A DNA stretch of 20,000 bases, from IMG/VR virus record IMGVR_UViG_3300000917_000001; one strand, 5' to 3'. The DNA comes from an uncultured virus (IMG/VR IMGVR_UViG_3300000917_000001) (taxonomy: Duplodnaviria > Heunggongvirae > Uroviricota > Caudoviricetes). Positions within the stretch are counted from its first letter, which is position 1. Every line of letters starts with the position of its first letter. Made by a program: the position numbers and the translations under genes. The notes below the pieces were generated by a model that saw nothing but the letters and a program-made list of their open reading frames with translations, was not told the DNA's origin and ran no database searches. This document shows, in pieces, positions 1-8,377 of this stretch.

Positions 1-27
1 ACCCAATATTAAACTTAGGAGGTTAGA

Positions 28-363
28 ATGAAAAAAGTTTTTTTCTTAGTATTTTTATTATCTTTATTTCTAGTATTTGATGTATTCGCAAAAAGTGGGG
101 GCGGAAGTGGTGGAAGGGGAAGTGGTGGAAGAGGTAGTTATGGAGGAAGATCAACTACAGGTCCAGCTAACCCATCAAAAAGTTTCAATCCATATCATCA
201 AGAATTTAATCCAACAATACCACCAGCAGAAAATAGGCACATAAATCGGAGTCCTTATTTTAGTCCAAACTACATTCCTTTCAATCCAACTGGAAGAAAT
301 GATAGTCCAAAAAGGGATCCGTTATATGAATATAATCAAAATTTTGAAGGACGACAACATTAA
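28..363 (+). CDS. Small secreted Gly/Pro-rich hypothetical protein
   Basis: AGGAGG SD at 17-22; MKK plus hydrophobic stretch ending VFA (signal peptidase I-like site); GGSGGRGSGGRG low-complexity segment; repeated F(N/S)P motifs. Confidence 0.6.
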   Translation: MKKVFFLVFLLSLFLVFDVFAKSGGGSGGRGSGGRGSYGGRSTTGPANPSKSFNPYHQEFNPTIPPAENRHINRSPYFSPNYIPFNPTGRNDSPKRDPLYEYNQNFEGRQH

Positions 364-389
364 TTAATAAGAAGGAGAGAAAAAACATT

Positions 390-647
390 ATGACGTTATG
401 CGCGTATGGATGTGGTCAAGAATCAAAATATACATTGAAGAATGGAAAGGCATGTTGCAGTGCTCATGCTAACTCATGCCCCGTTATTAAAGCGAAACTA
501 AAAGCATCTTTGAATAAACCTGAAACAAAGGAAAAGATGAAGATTGGAATCAAGGCTGCTATGAACAACCCTGATACAAAGATGAAATTGAGCAACAGTC
601 AGAAAGCGTCTTGGCAAAGACGAAAAGAAGCTAAAGCAACAACATAG
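390..647 (+). CDS. Small Cys-rich protein with NUMOD3-like DNA-binding helices
   Basis: CxxGCG...CC...H..C putative Zn site, then PETKEKMK and PDTKMKLS repeats resembling homing-endonuclease-associated NUMOD3 motifs; AAGGAG SD. Confidence 0.5.
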   Translation: MTLCAYGCGQESKYTLKNGKACCSAHANSCPVIKAKLKASLNKPETKEKMKIGIKAAMNNPDTKMKLSNSQKASWQRRKEAKATT

Positions 648-672
648 TTTATTTAGTTGTCGTCCGGATAAG

Positions 673-716
673 ATTGGGTGGAGATTTCTTAATTGAGATC
701 TCCACCCAATTTTTTT
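673..716 (+). terminator. Rho-independent terminator
   Basis: ATTGGGTGGAGAT (673-685) / ATCTCCACCCAAT (698-710) inverted repeat followed by a T run. Confidence 0.85.
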
Positions 717-725
717 GTTAATTTT

Positions 726-742
726 TTCTATATATATTAATT
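726..742 (+). promoter_or_regulatory. Putative phage early-type promoter motif TTCTATATATATTAATT (copy 1)
   Basis: Identical 17-mer at 19253-19269; both copies are intergenic and upstream of plus-strand genes; this one follows a terminator. Confidence 0.6.
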
Positions 743-781
743 ATTAGAAACAATAGATTATTTTTTTAGAAAGGAGGTAGG

Positions 782-1306
782 ATGAATAGCAAAAGGTTTC
801 ATAGAATTGTTGATATTTTTAATCATTTAGATATCGGAAAAGAATTTACCAAAAAACAACTATTGACTTTATTACAAGGATTTTATCCATCAGCTAACAT
901 AGATCATTTAGGATATTTCTTTACTGTAATGAGAATTGTAGGTTGCGTAACTATTACTAGGAATGGAAGAGGAAATAAAAATGGTAGTTTATATAGAAAA
1001 GACAGAAATATTGATGAAGATGATCTGAAAATTGCTCATATGACTTATTCTCAGAAACAACAAGAAAAGAACTCAAATATTAACGTAGAAAAAATCACCG
1101 GACAAAAATTAGAGATATGTACTAAAATAGTAGAAGCTAAAGATATACAAAAAGTTGTTGAGAACGTCCTTATTCTAACCGACCAAAATGTCAAACTCAA
1201 AAAGGAACTAGAAGAATTAAAGGATAAACTAAAACAACTAGAGCAGCAGAACCTATGGAACATGTTGATAAAGAAAGCTGAAGAAGCTACTGGTATTTCA
1301 TTGTGA
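782..1306 (+). CDS. Hypothetical protein (possible winged-helix N-terminus, C-terminal coiled coil)
   Basis: 174-aa ORF, AAAGGAGG SD, heptad-like C-terminus; monocistronic between the 17-mer motif and a terminator. Confidence 0.65.
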   Translation: MNSKRFHRIVDIFNHLDIGKEFTKKQLLTLLQGFYPSANIDHLGYFFTVMRIVGCVTITRNGRGNKNGSLYRKDRNIDEDDLKIAHMTYSQKQQEKNSNINVEKITGQKLEICTKIVEAKDIQKVVENVLILTDQNVKLKKELEELKDKLKQLEQQNLWNMLIKKAEEATGISL

Positions 1307-1348
1307 AAAATAAGGGTCATCTATAAAGTGGATGACCCTTATTTTTTT
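1306..1348. terminator. Rho-independent terminator, probably bidirectional
   Basis: AAAAATAAGGGTCATC (1306-1321) / GATGACCCTTATTTTT (1331-1346), between convergent genes. Confidence 0.85.
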
Positions 1349-1364
1349 GTATCCATACCGACGG

Positions 1365-1399
1365 AAAAAAGACCCAAGAAGATTTCTCCTCTTGGGTCT
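1365..1399 (-). terminator. Rho-independent terminator of the capsid gene
   Basis: AGACCCAAGA (1370-1379) / TCTTGGGTCT (1390-1399), with a T run on the minus strand (A run 1365-1370). Confidence 0.8.
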
Positions 1400-1423
1400 C
1401 TTGAAACTAAGACCTAAGTCTTA

Positions 1424-2875
1424 TTAAGCACCAATTGTTAGTGTAGCAATACCTGCGCTTCTGATAAGAGCAGTTGCATATCTTGACAAGATTGTCAAGC
1501 TTGGTGTGTAGGTCAATGGATATGGGTGAAGGACCGCGGGCACATAAGGTGCGTAAATATAAATAGCCTTTAGTTCTTCTACTGGTTTGTAAACCATAAT
1601 CATTGTGCCTTGAGTTACTACTGCGGAAGTTAAAACTTTCCACTTTCCACCAGCAACTACTGCAGATCTGTAACCTAGATCACCGTCAACTGAGCTGGTT
1701 CCTGTGTAATTAAATGTTTGCAAGTCTTCTAGAATTGCTGCGTCTAGTGGGTTGCAAAGTATTGTGTTTCCAGCTTCAATATTGGTGTCTGTATAGATTT
1801 GACCAGATAGTCTGTTCATTTCTACAACAATATTTTCATGCCAGTATTTTGTTCCCCAGGTATAAGTTGGATCTGGGGTTCTTGTAAAGCTACCGGTATG
1901 GGTGACAGCATTCAATCTAGTATTGGCAGTCACAAGAGCATTGATGATTTCTCTGTCGATATCTAGTGCAACTTGTTGTCCTAATAGGTTGACAATTTCT
2001 GCTTGCATTGAGATATCAAATAGAGCTCTCATGTCTTGCTCCATATTGATTGTCCAATTTGCTTGGATCTGTCTGTCTCTAGCATATAGTCTGATCTTAT
2101 CTACTTGTAACTTAACTGTTGGGTTGATTCTGTTTTCTTCTAGTGAAGTTGTTACTTGGTATCTAGCAAAGTTAGCAACACCAGTTGTATGTGAAATTGC
2201 TACAGTACCATTCAAATAATCAACTTTACCAGAAACTACGTCAGCAGAACCACCAATTGTAACACTTTGTGAAAAATGACCTTCTACTGCTGGAATAATA
2301 GAAACATCTGTAAAGCTTGTACCGTCTGTTGAAACACCGGTAATTTCAAAGTCTCTTTCTAGATGAGCTAAAGTTGGAGTTAAACCAACATGATTTAGAA
2401 CATCATACGCTGAACTTGGAATTGGGAAGATAGCTGTAACTGGAGTACCAACAGCAACACCTCTTGAAATATCTGTTCCTGTTACAGGAGCTAGATATTC
2501 AGTTGCTGCGTTTGAAGCTGTGAAACTTGCTTTAATAAAAGCTTTCACTGTTTCTGGCTTGTCCATTGGGGAAACTGTTACTGCTTCTTTTGCAACTAGT
2601 TTTGGGTAGAACACTCTTAGAATAGGCAGAGTCAATGTTTCATATGGGTTGATTGCAAACATTGAATTTTCAAGAAGATTTACTCTTGTGTTTTCTGCTA
2701 ATAGTCTAAAAGCTGCTCTATCTTTTTTATTTTCAATTGATTCAGCTAGTGCTGTAACATATGTGTCAAAAGCTGCGTCATCTACAAGAATCGCTTTTAG
2801 ATTACCAGGTTTTGATGGATCTACACCACTTACTTTCTTTGTGGCTTTGTAGACTTCCATTAAAAGTTCTTTCAT
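1424..2875 (-). CDS. Major capsid protein, T4 gp23-like
   Basis: VDKIRLYARDRQIQANWTINMEQDMRA...AEIVNLLGQQVALDIDREII and YAPYVP match gp23-family conserved blocks; AAGGAGG SD at 2884-2890. Confidence 0.92.
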   Translation of the reverse strand: MKELLMEVYKATKKVSGVDPSKPGNLKAILVDDAAFDTYVTALAESIENKKDRAAFRLLAENTRVNLLENSMFAINPYETLTLPILRVFYPKLVAKEAVTVSPMDKPETVKAFIKASFTASNAATEYLAPVTGTDISRGVAVGTPVTAIFPIPSSAYDVLNHVGLTPTLAHLERDFEITGVSTDGTSFTDVSIIPAVEGHFSQSVTIGGSADVVSGKVDYLNGTVAISHTTGVANFARYQVTTSLEENRINPTVKLQVDKIRLYARDRQIQANWTINMEQDMRALFDISMQAEIVNLLGQQVALDIDREIINALVTANTRLNAVTHTGSFTRTPDPTYTWGTKYWHENIVVEMNRLSGQIYTDTNIEAGNTILCNPLDAAILEDLQTFNYTGTSSVDGDLGYRSAVVAGGKWKVLTSAVVTQGTMIMVYKPVEELKAIYIYAPYVPAVLHPYPLTYTPSLTILSRYATALIRSAGIATLTIGA

Positions 2876-2929
2876 TTATTTATCCTCCTTGTAATTGGTA
2901 AGTTTACCAAAACCTTGGTTAATTTGGAT

Positions 2930-2937
2930 TATGTTCT
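2930..2937 (-). promoter_or_regulatory. Putative phage promoter motif AGAACATA upstream of the capsid gene
   Basis: One-mismatch variant of AGAACAAA, which occurs upstream of four other minus-strand genes. Confidence 0.5.
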
Positions 2938-2979
2938 AATATTTTTTTAGAATTAGATAGTTTAGGATATTTTAGATAG

Positions 2980-3015
2980 GAGTCAGTTTGTTTCTAAAGG
3001 TATGAGAAACAAACT
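2980..3015. repeat. 11-bp inverted repeat overlapping a 16-bp element shared with the scaffold leader
   Basis: AGTTTGTTTCT (2985-2995) / AGAAACAAACT (3005-3015); GAGTCAGTTTGTTTCT (2980-2995) matches 9576-9591 at 15/16. Confidence 0.65.
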
Positions 3016-3439
3016 AGAACTTACTTATTTTTGAAAATCTCTTCTCAAGGAGGGTTGAAGTTTTTGCTAAATGCTCATCAAGTTTCTTTTCTGGTAGTTT
3101 ATCTAATATTTTCAACATGATAACCATTTCATTTTTTGATACCGAATCATATGTCAATCCATATGATATTAACTTCTGGATTCTTTCCAGAAGTTTGGAA
3201 ATTTTTTGCTTCTTTTTATAATCTTCAAAGATTTTTTCTATAACGATTTTTTCCTCGTCTAGTTTAATTCCAATAGCTTTCAGTTTGTTTCCTAACGTAT
3301 TTTCTTCTTTTTCTCTAATTTTAAATGTTTCATCAAATAAAGGTTTAATAGTTGAAATTATGCTGTTAGCTATTCTTAATTTTGTTTCAGATATGTTTAG
3401 TTCGTTTACATCAGGAATGCTAGTATATGTAATGTTCAT
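3014..3439 (-). CDS. Hypothetical helical protein in the head module
   Basis: 141-aa ORF, ATGA overlap with the upstream gene, located between protease and capsid genes. Confidence 0.7.
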   Translation of the reverse strand: MNITYTSIPDVNELNISETKLRIANSIISTIKPLFDETFKIREKEENTLGNKLKAIGIKLDEEKIVIEKIFEDYKKKQKISKLLERIQKLISYGLTYDSVSKNEMVIMLKILDKLPEKKLDEHLAKTSTLLEKRFSKISKF

Positions 3440-3723
3440 AATTCACTCCCTAGTTTATTCAGTAATCTAGATTTCAAACTAATGTTTTTTTGATCTAGTT
3501 CTTCAATTTTCTCTTGGAGATCTTTTTTATATTCTTGAACCTTAATTAATATTGACTCTTTTTTTGCTAGTTTTGACTCCAATGAACCTACTTTCTTATC
3601 TAAGTCAACATAACTAGTAGTTTGAAAGGTAGGTTCTGTTTTACAAACTAAAAAAATTCTTCTAAGTAGCTCTTTTATATCTTTATCGACAAATGAATCT
3701 TTCTCTAGTTCTAAAATTTCCAA
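3436..3723 (-). CDS. Hypothetical coiled-coil protein in the head module
   Basis: 95-aa ORF, TTG start with AAGGAG SD. Confidence 0.65.
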   Translation of the reverse strand: MEILELEKDSFVDKDIKELLRRIFLVCKTEPTFQTTSYVDLDKKVGSLESKLAKKESILIKVQEYKKDLQEKIEELDQKNISLKSRLLNKLGSEL

Positions 3724-3741
3724 GGAAGTTCTCCTTTCTTT

Positions 3742-4404
3742 TTAAACCCATCTATCAAAGAATGTAATCATCTTTGTTTCAATTAATTTATCAAAATAAT
3801 CAGGAAGGAAACAATGACCGCCAACACATACTAAGCCAGATGGAGATTCAAATAACATTGTTTGCTCAAATTTCATTTCATTAAAGTCTACAACTGCTGA
3901 CTTATGGGAAGGAAATGATACAGCATCAAAAGCTATAATTGTTAATGGAGATTTAACAGTTGCATGATTTGGGCCATGATCTAGTTCTGCCAAACCTCTC
4001 ATACTAAAACCAACGCCAGTTTTATCTTTTAAAAGTCCAAAAAGGATTCCACCATTTGGAGTGCTTGTAGTTTCCATTTCACCAATTAAATGTTTGTTTC
4101 TAAATTCATAATCTCTTATTATATGGGATACTTTTTCTAATGATACTGTTGTTTGTCTAATCCCATCAACTTGGTCATTTCCTGTTGGAATTGGGTGATC
4201 TAATTCAGAATAAAAAGCTCTTCGTTTCATTCTTGATTCACAATTTCCCATACCTTCTTGTAATACTGCGCTTGGATATAATCTTTTATTTTGATTTACT
4301 TCATCAACGCTTTGTATTGGGCATCTAAAAATAGCTTTTGTAGGTGAAGATTTTATTATTTCAGCTTCAGAAAAAATGCTACTCTCAAATATTAACTTAC
4401 TCAT
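3742..4404 (-). CDS. Prohead core protease, T4 gp21-like
   Basis: NQNKRLYP, ELDHP (His), GFSMRG (Ser), FDAV..PS motifs. Start moved from 4467 to the ATG at 4404, which has an AGGAG SD and overlaps the upstream stop. Confidence 0.9.
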   Translation of the reverse strand: MSKLIFESSIFSEAEIIKSSPTKAIFRCPIQSVDEVNQNKRLYPSAVLQEGMGNCESRMKRRAFYSELDHPIPTGNDQVDGIRQTTVSLEKVSHIIRDYEFRNKHLIGEMETTSTPNGGILFGLLKDKTGVGFSMRGLAELDHGPNHATVKSPLTIIAFDAVSFPSHKSAVVDFNEMKFEQTMLFESPSGLVCVGGHCFLPDYFDKLIETKMITFFDRWV

Positions 4405-5083
4405 TTTTAGACTCCTCTTTTGCTTCATGCGCATAATAATCACGCAATAAAGCATAAGTAATATCAACGAATTTATAAAACATTACTATTATTTCATCAA
4501 TTTGTTCTTTATATTGAGTGAAGTTTATTATTACAAGATCAAATAAATCAATTGCTCTTGATACAATCGTTCGTAGATGAAGCAGTGCTTCATCAGTAGA
4601 GCTTGATAAATATGATTCAATTGAAGTAAGTCTGGAGTAAATCTTTTTCAACTCATATACTCTTCCAATTTCACTAGATGTTAATGTTTGTTGCCCCATC
4701 GTATCCATACCAGGCATAGCACCAAGACCACCTGCCATCGAATTTGGGTCTGTACCTGGTGGCATAGCATTTGGATCTGTACCTGGAATATTAGGATCTC
4801 CAGTTAAATCTCCTCCACCCATTACGTCAACACCTCCAACTTTAGGAACAGCTGTATCTGCTTTTGCTGGATTCTGTTCTTCGATCTTTTCAGATTCTAA
4901 AGTTTTATGTGTAATATATGGCACTGGATCATCAATATTTGGAAAGTCTTGATATGTGTCGTAGGAACTATCTTGTCTTGTTCTACCTCCACGAACATCT
5001 ACATCTTTATCAACGGGAGTATAAAACATGGTTTGCTGGTCAAACAATCTATTAATTTCATGTTTTAACTTTTTATTTTCCAT
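4397..5083 (-). CDS. Hypothetical protein between portal and protease (possible prohead core component)
   Basis: 228-aa ORF, TAAGGAG SD; Gly/Pro/Met-rich middle with PGTDPN repeats and a helical C-terminal domain. Confidence 0.7.
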   Translation of the reverse strand: MENKKLKHEINRLFDQQTMFYTPVDKDVDVRGGRTRQDSSYDTYQDFPNIDDPVPYITHKTLESEKIEEQNPAKADTAVPKVGGVDVMGGGDLTGDPNIPGTDPNAMPPGTDPNSMAGGLGAMPGMDTMGQQTLTSSEIGRVYELKKIYSRLTSIESYLSSSTDEALLHLRTIVSRAIDLFDLVIINFTQYKEQIDEIIVMFYKFVDITYALLRDYYAHEAKEESKNE

Positions 5084-5092
5084 ACTTACTCC

Positions 5093-7060
5093 TTATACTG
5101 TAATTCCTCCACCGCCTAAACCACCACCCATTCCACCCAAACCACCTATTCCACCCATTCCCGTTGTTTGTGCTTTTTCTTCAGGATCTAATGTTTCATC
5201 AATCTTTTGATCTATCTTATACTTTTCTACTTCATTCCAATCAATACTACTTAGATATCTTCGTTTTGCATACTCTCTTGGAATTCCAATTGATTCAAGA
5301 GATTGAATTAATGAAGTAATTTCGCTCATATATCTTGATTCTCTTTCAAATTGTAATGATTTTGGTATTGGAAGAGTAATTAAAACGTTATCAAGAATAG
5401 TCAAAGCTTCTTCTGGATTGATTATATTAAAAATCTTTTGAAATAACTCATTTAGTTGTCTTGTTAAATATTTTTGATGGCCAATTACAGTTCTAGCAAA
5501 TAAGATATTTTCTTCACTTAAAGCTGCTTTATTTGAAAGGTTTTCTTCAATCCCAATAAAGCTTGGCGGAATACCTAAGCTAGATACCAATTGATCTCTA
5601 AGAAACTTTAACTCATCTGTTTTACTTCTTAGATCAACTCTACCTTCATCAAACGTACTAATATCAACAAATGGTTTTCCATCCTTTTGAGGAATATAAA
5701 CATCTTCAAAAGTTGTTATCATACTTGGAATTGTATCGACAGTTCCAAAACTATCAAGACTAATTTTTCTCTTTCTAAACTCTTCTTTCATAGCTTCAAT
5801 AGCTTTTCTTGCATCTCTTGGTAAACCAATTTCAATTGCTACTTTTCGTTTTTCTGTAGATCTTGATAATCTTTGAATTGCAAGTGCTGTCTCTAAAGCT
5901 ACTAATACTTTAGCTGTATATTGTGTACTATCAAAAACTGACTCTCCATATGGATAATATTTAGCAGAAGGAACATGAAAATGAACCATCTTTTCTGGTG
6001 GAACATATCTAATAGCTACAGCTCTATTAAAGTTTGTATTTGATAACATGGATTTAATTATATCTTGCAAATCTCTGTCATTTTTAAATTCTTTCATCTG
6101 AGGTAATTTATTTTCTAAGCTCTTTAATATTGCCATACAAATATTATTAACAGGCTCATCAGCTAATGCTGCTCCAGGAAACAAAAGAACAGCTGGAAAT
6201 ACTAAGAATCCAAAACAAACTGGGAATAAAGCACTTTGAAGTTTAACTACAAATTGTGGATGATGAAAAATCAACTTTGTATTAGAAAGTATTTTATTTC
6301 CTTTTTTTATTGAGCCACCTTTTTCTTTTTTACTTTTTNGTTCTTGGGTTGTCTCACCAACTTCCATAAGAGAAGAATAGTCAACAGTAACACTAAATGG
6401 ATTACCGTCAATATTTTCAGTTATAACATCTCTATATCCTTGCTCTCGTTGATTATCAATAATTACTTCGTATTCTCTTGCTTCTGTTAACAAACTTCTG
6501 CTAGTTAAAACTTCTTTTGGGCCACCAATTTCACAAAATAAATCACCAAATAACAATGTATTCTTAACTAGAACATCTAGTTTATCATCTACAGCTAAAC
6601 TTGATGAAACCTCTTGAACATATCTTGTTTTTGAAGCAGTTGGAGTTTCATCTTCTAAATAAGCTTTTGGTTTAATTTCTAAAGCTGTTTTAGTAATATC
6701 ATCAGGAGACAAAATATTATCAACAAGGACATTTAATGCTCTAAATGCCCAGTTTATTTGCGAAATTATTGCTTGATATGTTCTATATCTAAGCATTCTA
6801 CTACCTTGTCCAAATGCTGCTGGACTAATTCCTTGAGTAAATAAACTACCACCAACTCCAGCTATTTTTACATCTGCTGTTTTTGAAATAAGACTTCTTA
6901 CTAGATCAATATATCCATTTCGTCCAGAATTTGCTCGATATGAAATTATATCTTTAACAGCGCTATCTAAACGTGTATCAATATCACTAGTTTGTGTTTT
7001 TATAATTGTAGATTTTAAACTTTGAAGCGTATCTTTTACACTTTTCAAAGGATCTGCCAT
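5093..7060 (-). CDS. Portal protein, T4 gp20-like
   Basis: RLSRSTEKRKVAIEIG, EDVYIPQKDG, DELKFLRDQLVSSLGIP and EENILFAR correspond to gp20-family blocks; Gly-rich tail; one ambiguous base at 6339. Confidence 0.88.
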   Translation of the reverse strand: MADPLKSVKDTLQSLKSTIIKTQTSDIDTRLDSAVKDIISYRANSGRNGYIDLVRSLISKTADVKIAGVGGSLFTQGISPAAFGQGSRMLRYRTYQAIISQINWAFRALNVLVDNILSPDDITKTALEIKPKAYLEDETPTASKTRYVQEVSSSLAVDDKLDVLVKNTLLFGDLFCEIGGPKEVLTSRSLLTEAREYEVIIDNQREQGYRDVITENIDGNPFSVTVDYSSLMEVGETTQEXKSKKEKGGSIKKGNKILSNTKLIFHHPQFVVKLQSALFPVCFGFLVFPAVLLFPGAALADEPVNNICMAILKSLENKLPQMKEFKNDRDLQDIIKSMLSNTNFNRAVAIRYVPPEKMVHFHVPSAKYYPYGESVFDSTQYTAKVLVALETALAIQRLSRSTEKRKVAIEIGLPRDARKAIEAMKEEFRKRKISLDSFGTVDTIPSMITTFEDVYIPQKDGKPFVDISTFDEGRVDLRSKTDELKFLRDQLVSSLGIPPSFIGIEENLSNKAALSEENILFARTVIGHQKYLTRQLNELFQKIFNIINPEEALTILDNVLITLPIPKSLQFERESRYMSEITSLIQSLESIGIPREYAKRRYLSSIDWNEVEKYKIDQKIDETLDPEEKAQTTGMGGIGGLGGMGGGLGGGGITV

Positions 7061-7062
7061 AT

Positions 7063-7302
7063 TTACCTCATAGCTCTGCTTCGAACTCTTGGAGTATATT
7101 TTCTATGAATTTGGTCTCTATATTTAAAATATTGATCTCTAAAATAAACCATTCGTTTATATAATGGATCATTTTGTTTTCTAGCTGTTGAACTGGCAAG
7201 CTGGCCTGTTGCCTTTTTTATTTTTGTTGCTCTAGTAATTCTAGTTGCCGTAGTTCTTTTTGGAGTTTCTTGTAATTGATCTAAATAATCTTGAAGGATC
7301 AT
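7063..7302 (-). CDS. Small basic hypothetical protein
   Basis: 79-aa Arg/Lys-rich ORF coupled to its neighbours; N-terminal LDQLQE. Confidence 0.65.
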   Translation of the reverse strand: MILQDYLDQLQETPKRTTATRITRATKIKKATGQLASSTARKQNDPLYKRMVYFRDQYFKYRDQIHRKYTPRVRSRAMR

Positions 7303-7727
7303 TGTGATTTTTCCTCAATATCTGCTTCTTTTATATTTTCCATAGAAGTTTTTCTTATTTCATCAGACTCATATTTTGTATTAAAATAATCTACAAGCTG
7401 AAGAAAAAATGTATCTTCACTACCATAAAAATATGAAAACTCTTCTACCAATCTTGTACCTAGAAGTTTAAGAACCAATTTAGTGAATTTTGTTGCAACT
7501 TTATTAATATCTTCTTCTTTCATTCCATAAGCTTCAACAGAGTAAATCATTATGTCTTCTTTATAAATCATATCATAAGCTTTTTCCATAAAGTACTTTA
7601 GAACTGACTCATAAGCGACAAAATTTTGAATCATACGTTCAATCTTCACTGAATCTTTTTTTCTATATACAATTACTATAGAAGCAATAAAAAAAATAAG
7701 CCCTAAAGATAAAAAAATAATTTCCAT
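7299..7727 (-). CDS. Hypothetical membrane-anchored protein
   Basis: N-terminal hydrophobic helix IIFLSLGLIFFIASIVIVY followed by RKK. Confidence 0.7.
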   Translation of the reverse strand: MEIIFLSLGLIFFIASIVIVYRKKDSVKIERMIQNFVAYESVLKYFMEKAYDMIYKEDIMIYSVEAYGMKEEDINKVATKFTKLVLKLLGTRLVEEFSYFYGSEDTFFLQLVDYFNTKYESDEIRKTSMENIKEADIEEKSQ

Positions 7728-7728
7728 T

Positions 7729-8010
7729 TTATACTATCTCTGTTATAATATCTTCTGGTTCTTCTTTTTCAGATTTATCAAGTTCAATTTTCATTTCTTC
7801 ATTACCAATCTCTTTAACCACAATAGTCTGAATTAAACTTGGTCTAGTAATAGCAACTTCATTTGTAGTTTTTATTATAGTAACGTTTCCTGATTTCAAT
7901 AATGTTGCTAAATTATTACAATATTCTTCTAAATCTGTTTCAGAATTATCAGTTAAAGTAAAGTTATTTCGATCTTTCTGTAATATTAATATTTTCTTCA
8001 TTGATTTCAC
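7729..8010 (-). CDS. Hypothetical protein
   Basis: 93-aa ORF in a tight operon; the true start may be the ATG at 8001. Confidence 0.6.
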   Translation of the reverse strand: MKSMKKILILQKDRNNFTLTDNSETDLEEYCNNLATLLKSGNVTIIKTTNEVAITRPSLIQTIVVKEIGNEEMKIELDKSEKEEPEDIITEIV

Positions 8011-8305
8011 TCTCCATATCTATTTCTTCATTTAGAATTTTCTCAAGGAATGTTTTTTCAGAAGTTTTTTCTAATTCAACAATTGTAGGTTTATTAAAAT
8101 CAATATAGACGGGTTCTTCAATCTTTTCAGAAGAATTTTCTGAGATTATTTCGATATTAATATTATGTCGCTTTGCTTGTGATTTTAAAGAATTAAGTTC
8201 AGATTCTGTAACTTTTTTAAAGTGAGCAGGAGTTCGTATTGTTCTTCCTCTAAATAGAATCATAAAACTTGGTTCGCGAATGATTGCCATGTATCTATCT
8301 TGCAT
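7964..8305 (-). CDS. Hypothetical protein
   Basis: 113-aa ORF with a purine-rich leader. Confidence 0.6.
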   Translation of the reverse strand: MQDRYMAIIREPSFMILFRGRTIRTPAHFKKVTESELNSLKSQAKRHNINIEIISENSSEKIEEPVYIDFNKPTIVELEKTSEKTFLEKILNEEIDMESEINEENINITERSK

Positions 8306-8324
8306 ATTATTCTCTTCCCTTCGT

Positions 8325-8365
8325 AAGAAAAGGGTTAAGTTGGATTTACTCCAACCTAACCCTTT
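8325..8365 (-). terminator. Rho-independent terminator after the scaffold-like gene
   Basis: Minus strand reads AAAGGGTTAGGTTGGA-gtaaa-TCCAACTTAACCCTTTTCTT (one G-U pair). Confidence 0.75.
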
Positions 8366-8377
8366 CTCTTATTTTAG

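Noticed and set aside
648..1423. tRNA or structured ncRNA in hairpin-rich intergenic regions
   Set aside because: The hairpins with T tracts fit terminators; no cloverleaf or T-loop consensus was seen
4405..4467. Longer N-terminus of the protease given in the ORF track
   Set aside because: It overlaps the upstream gene; the ATG at 4404 has a good SD and stop/start coupling
6339..6339. Ambiguous base in the portal gene
   Set aside because: Sequencing ambiguity; the frame is preserved, although a T on the coding strand would give a TAA stop, which is unlikely in a portal gene
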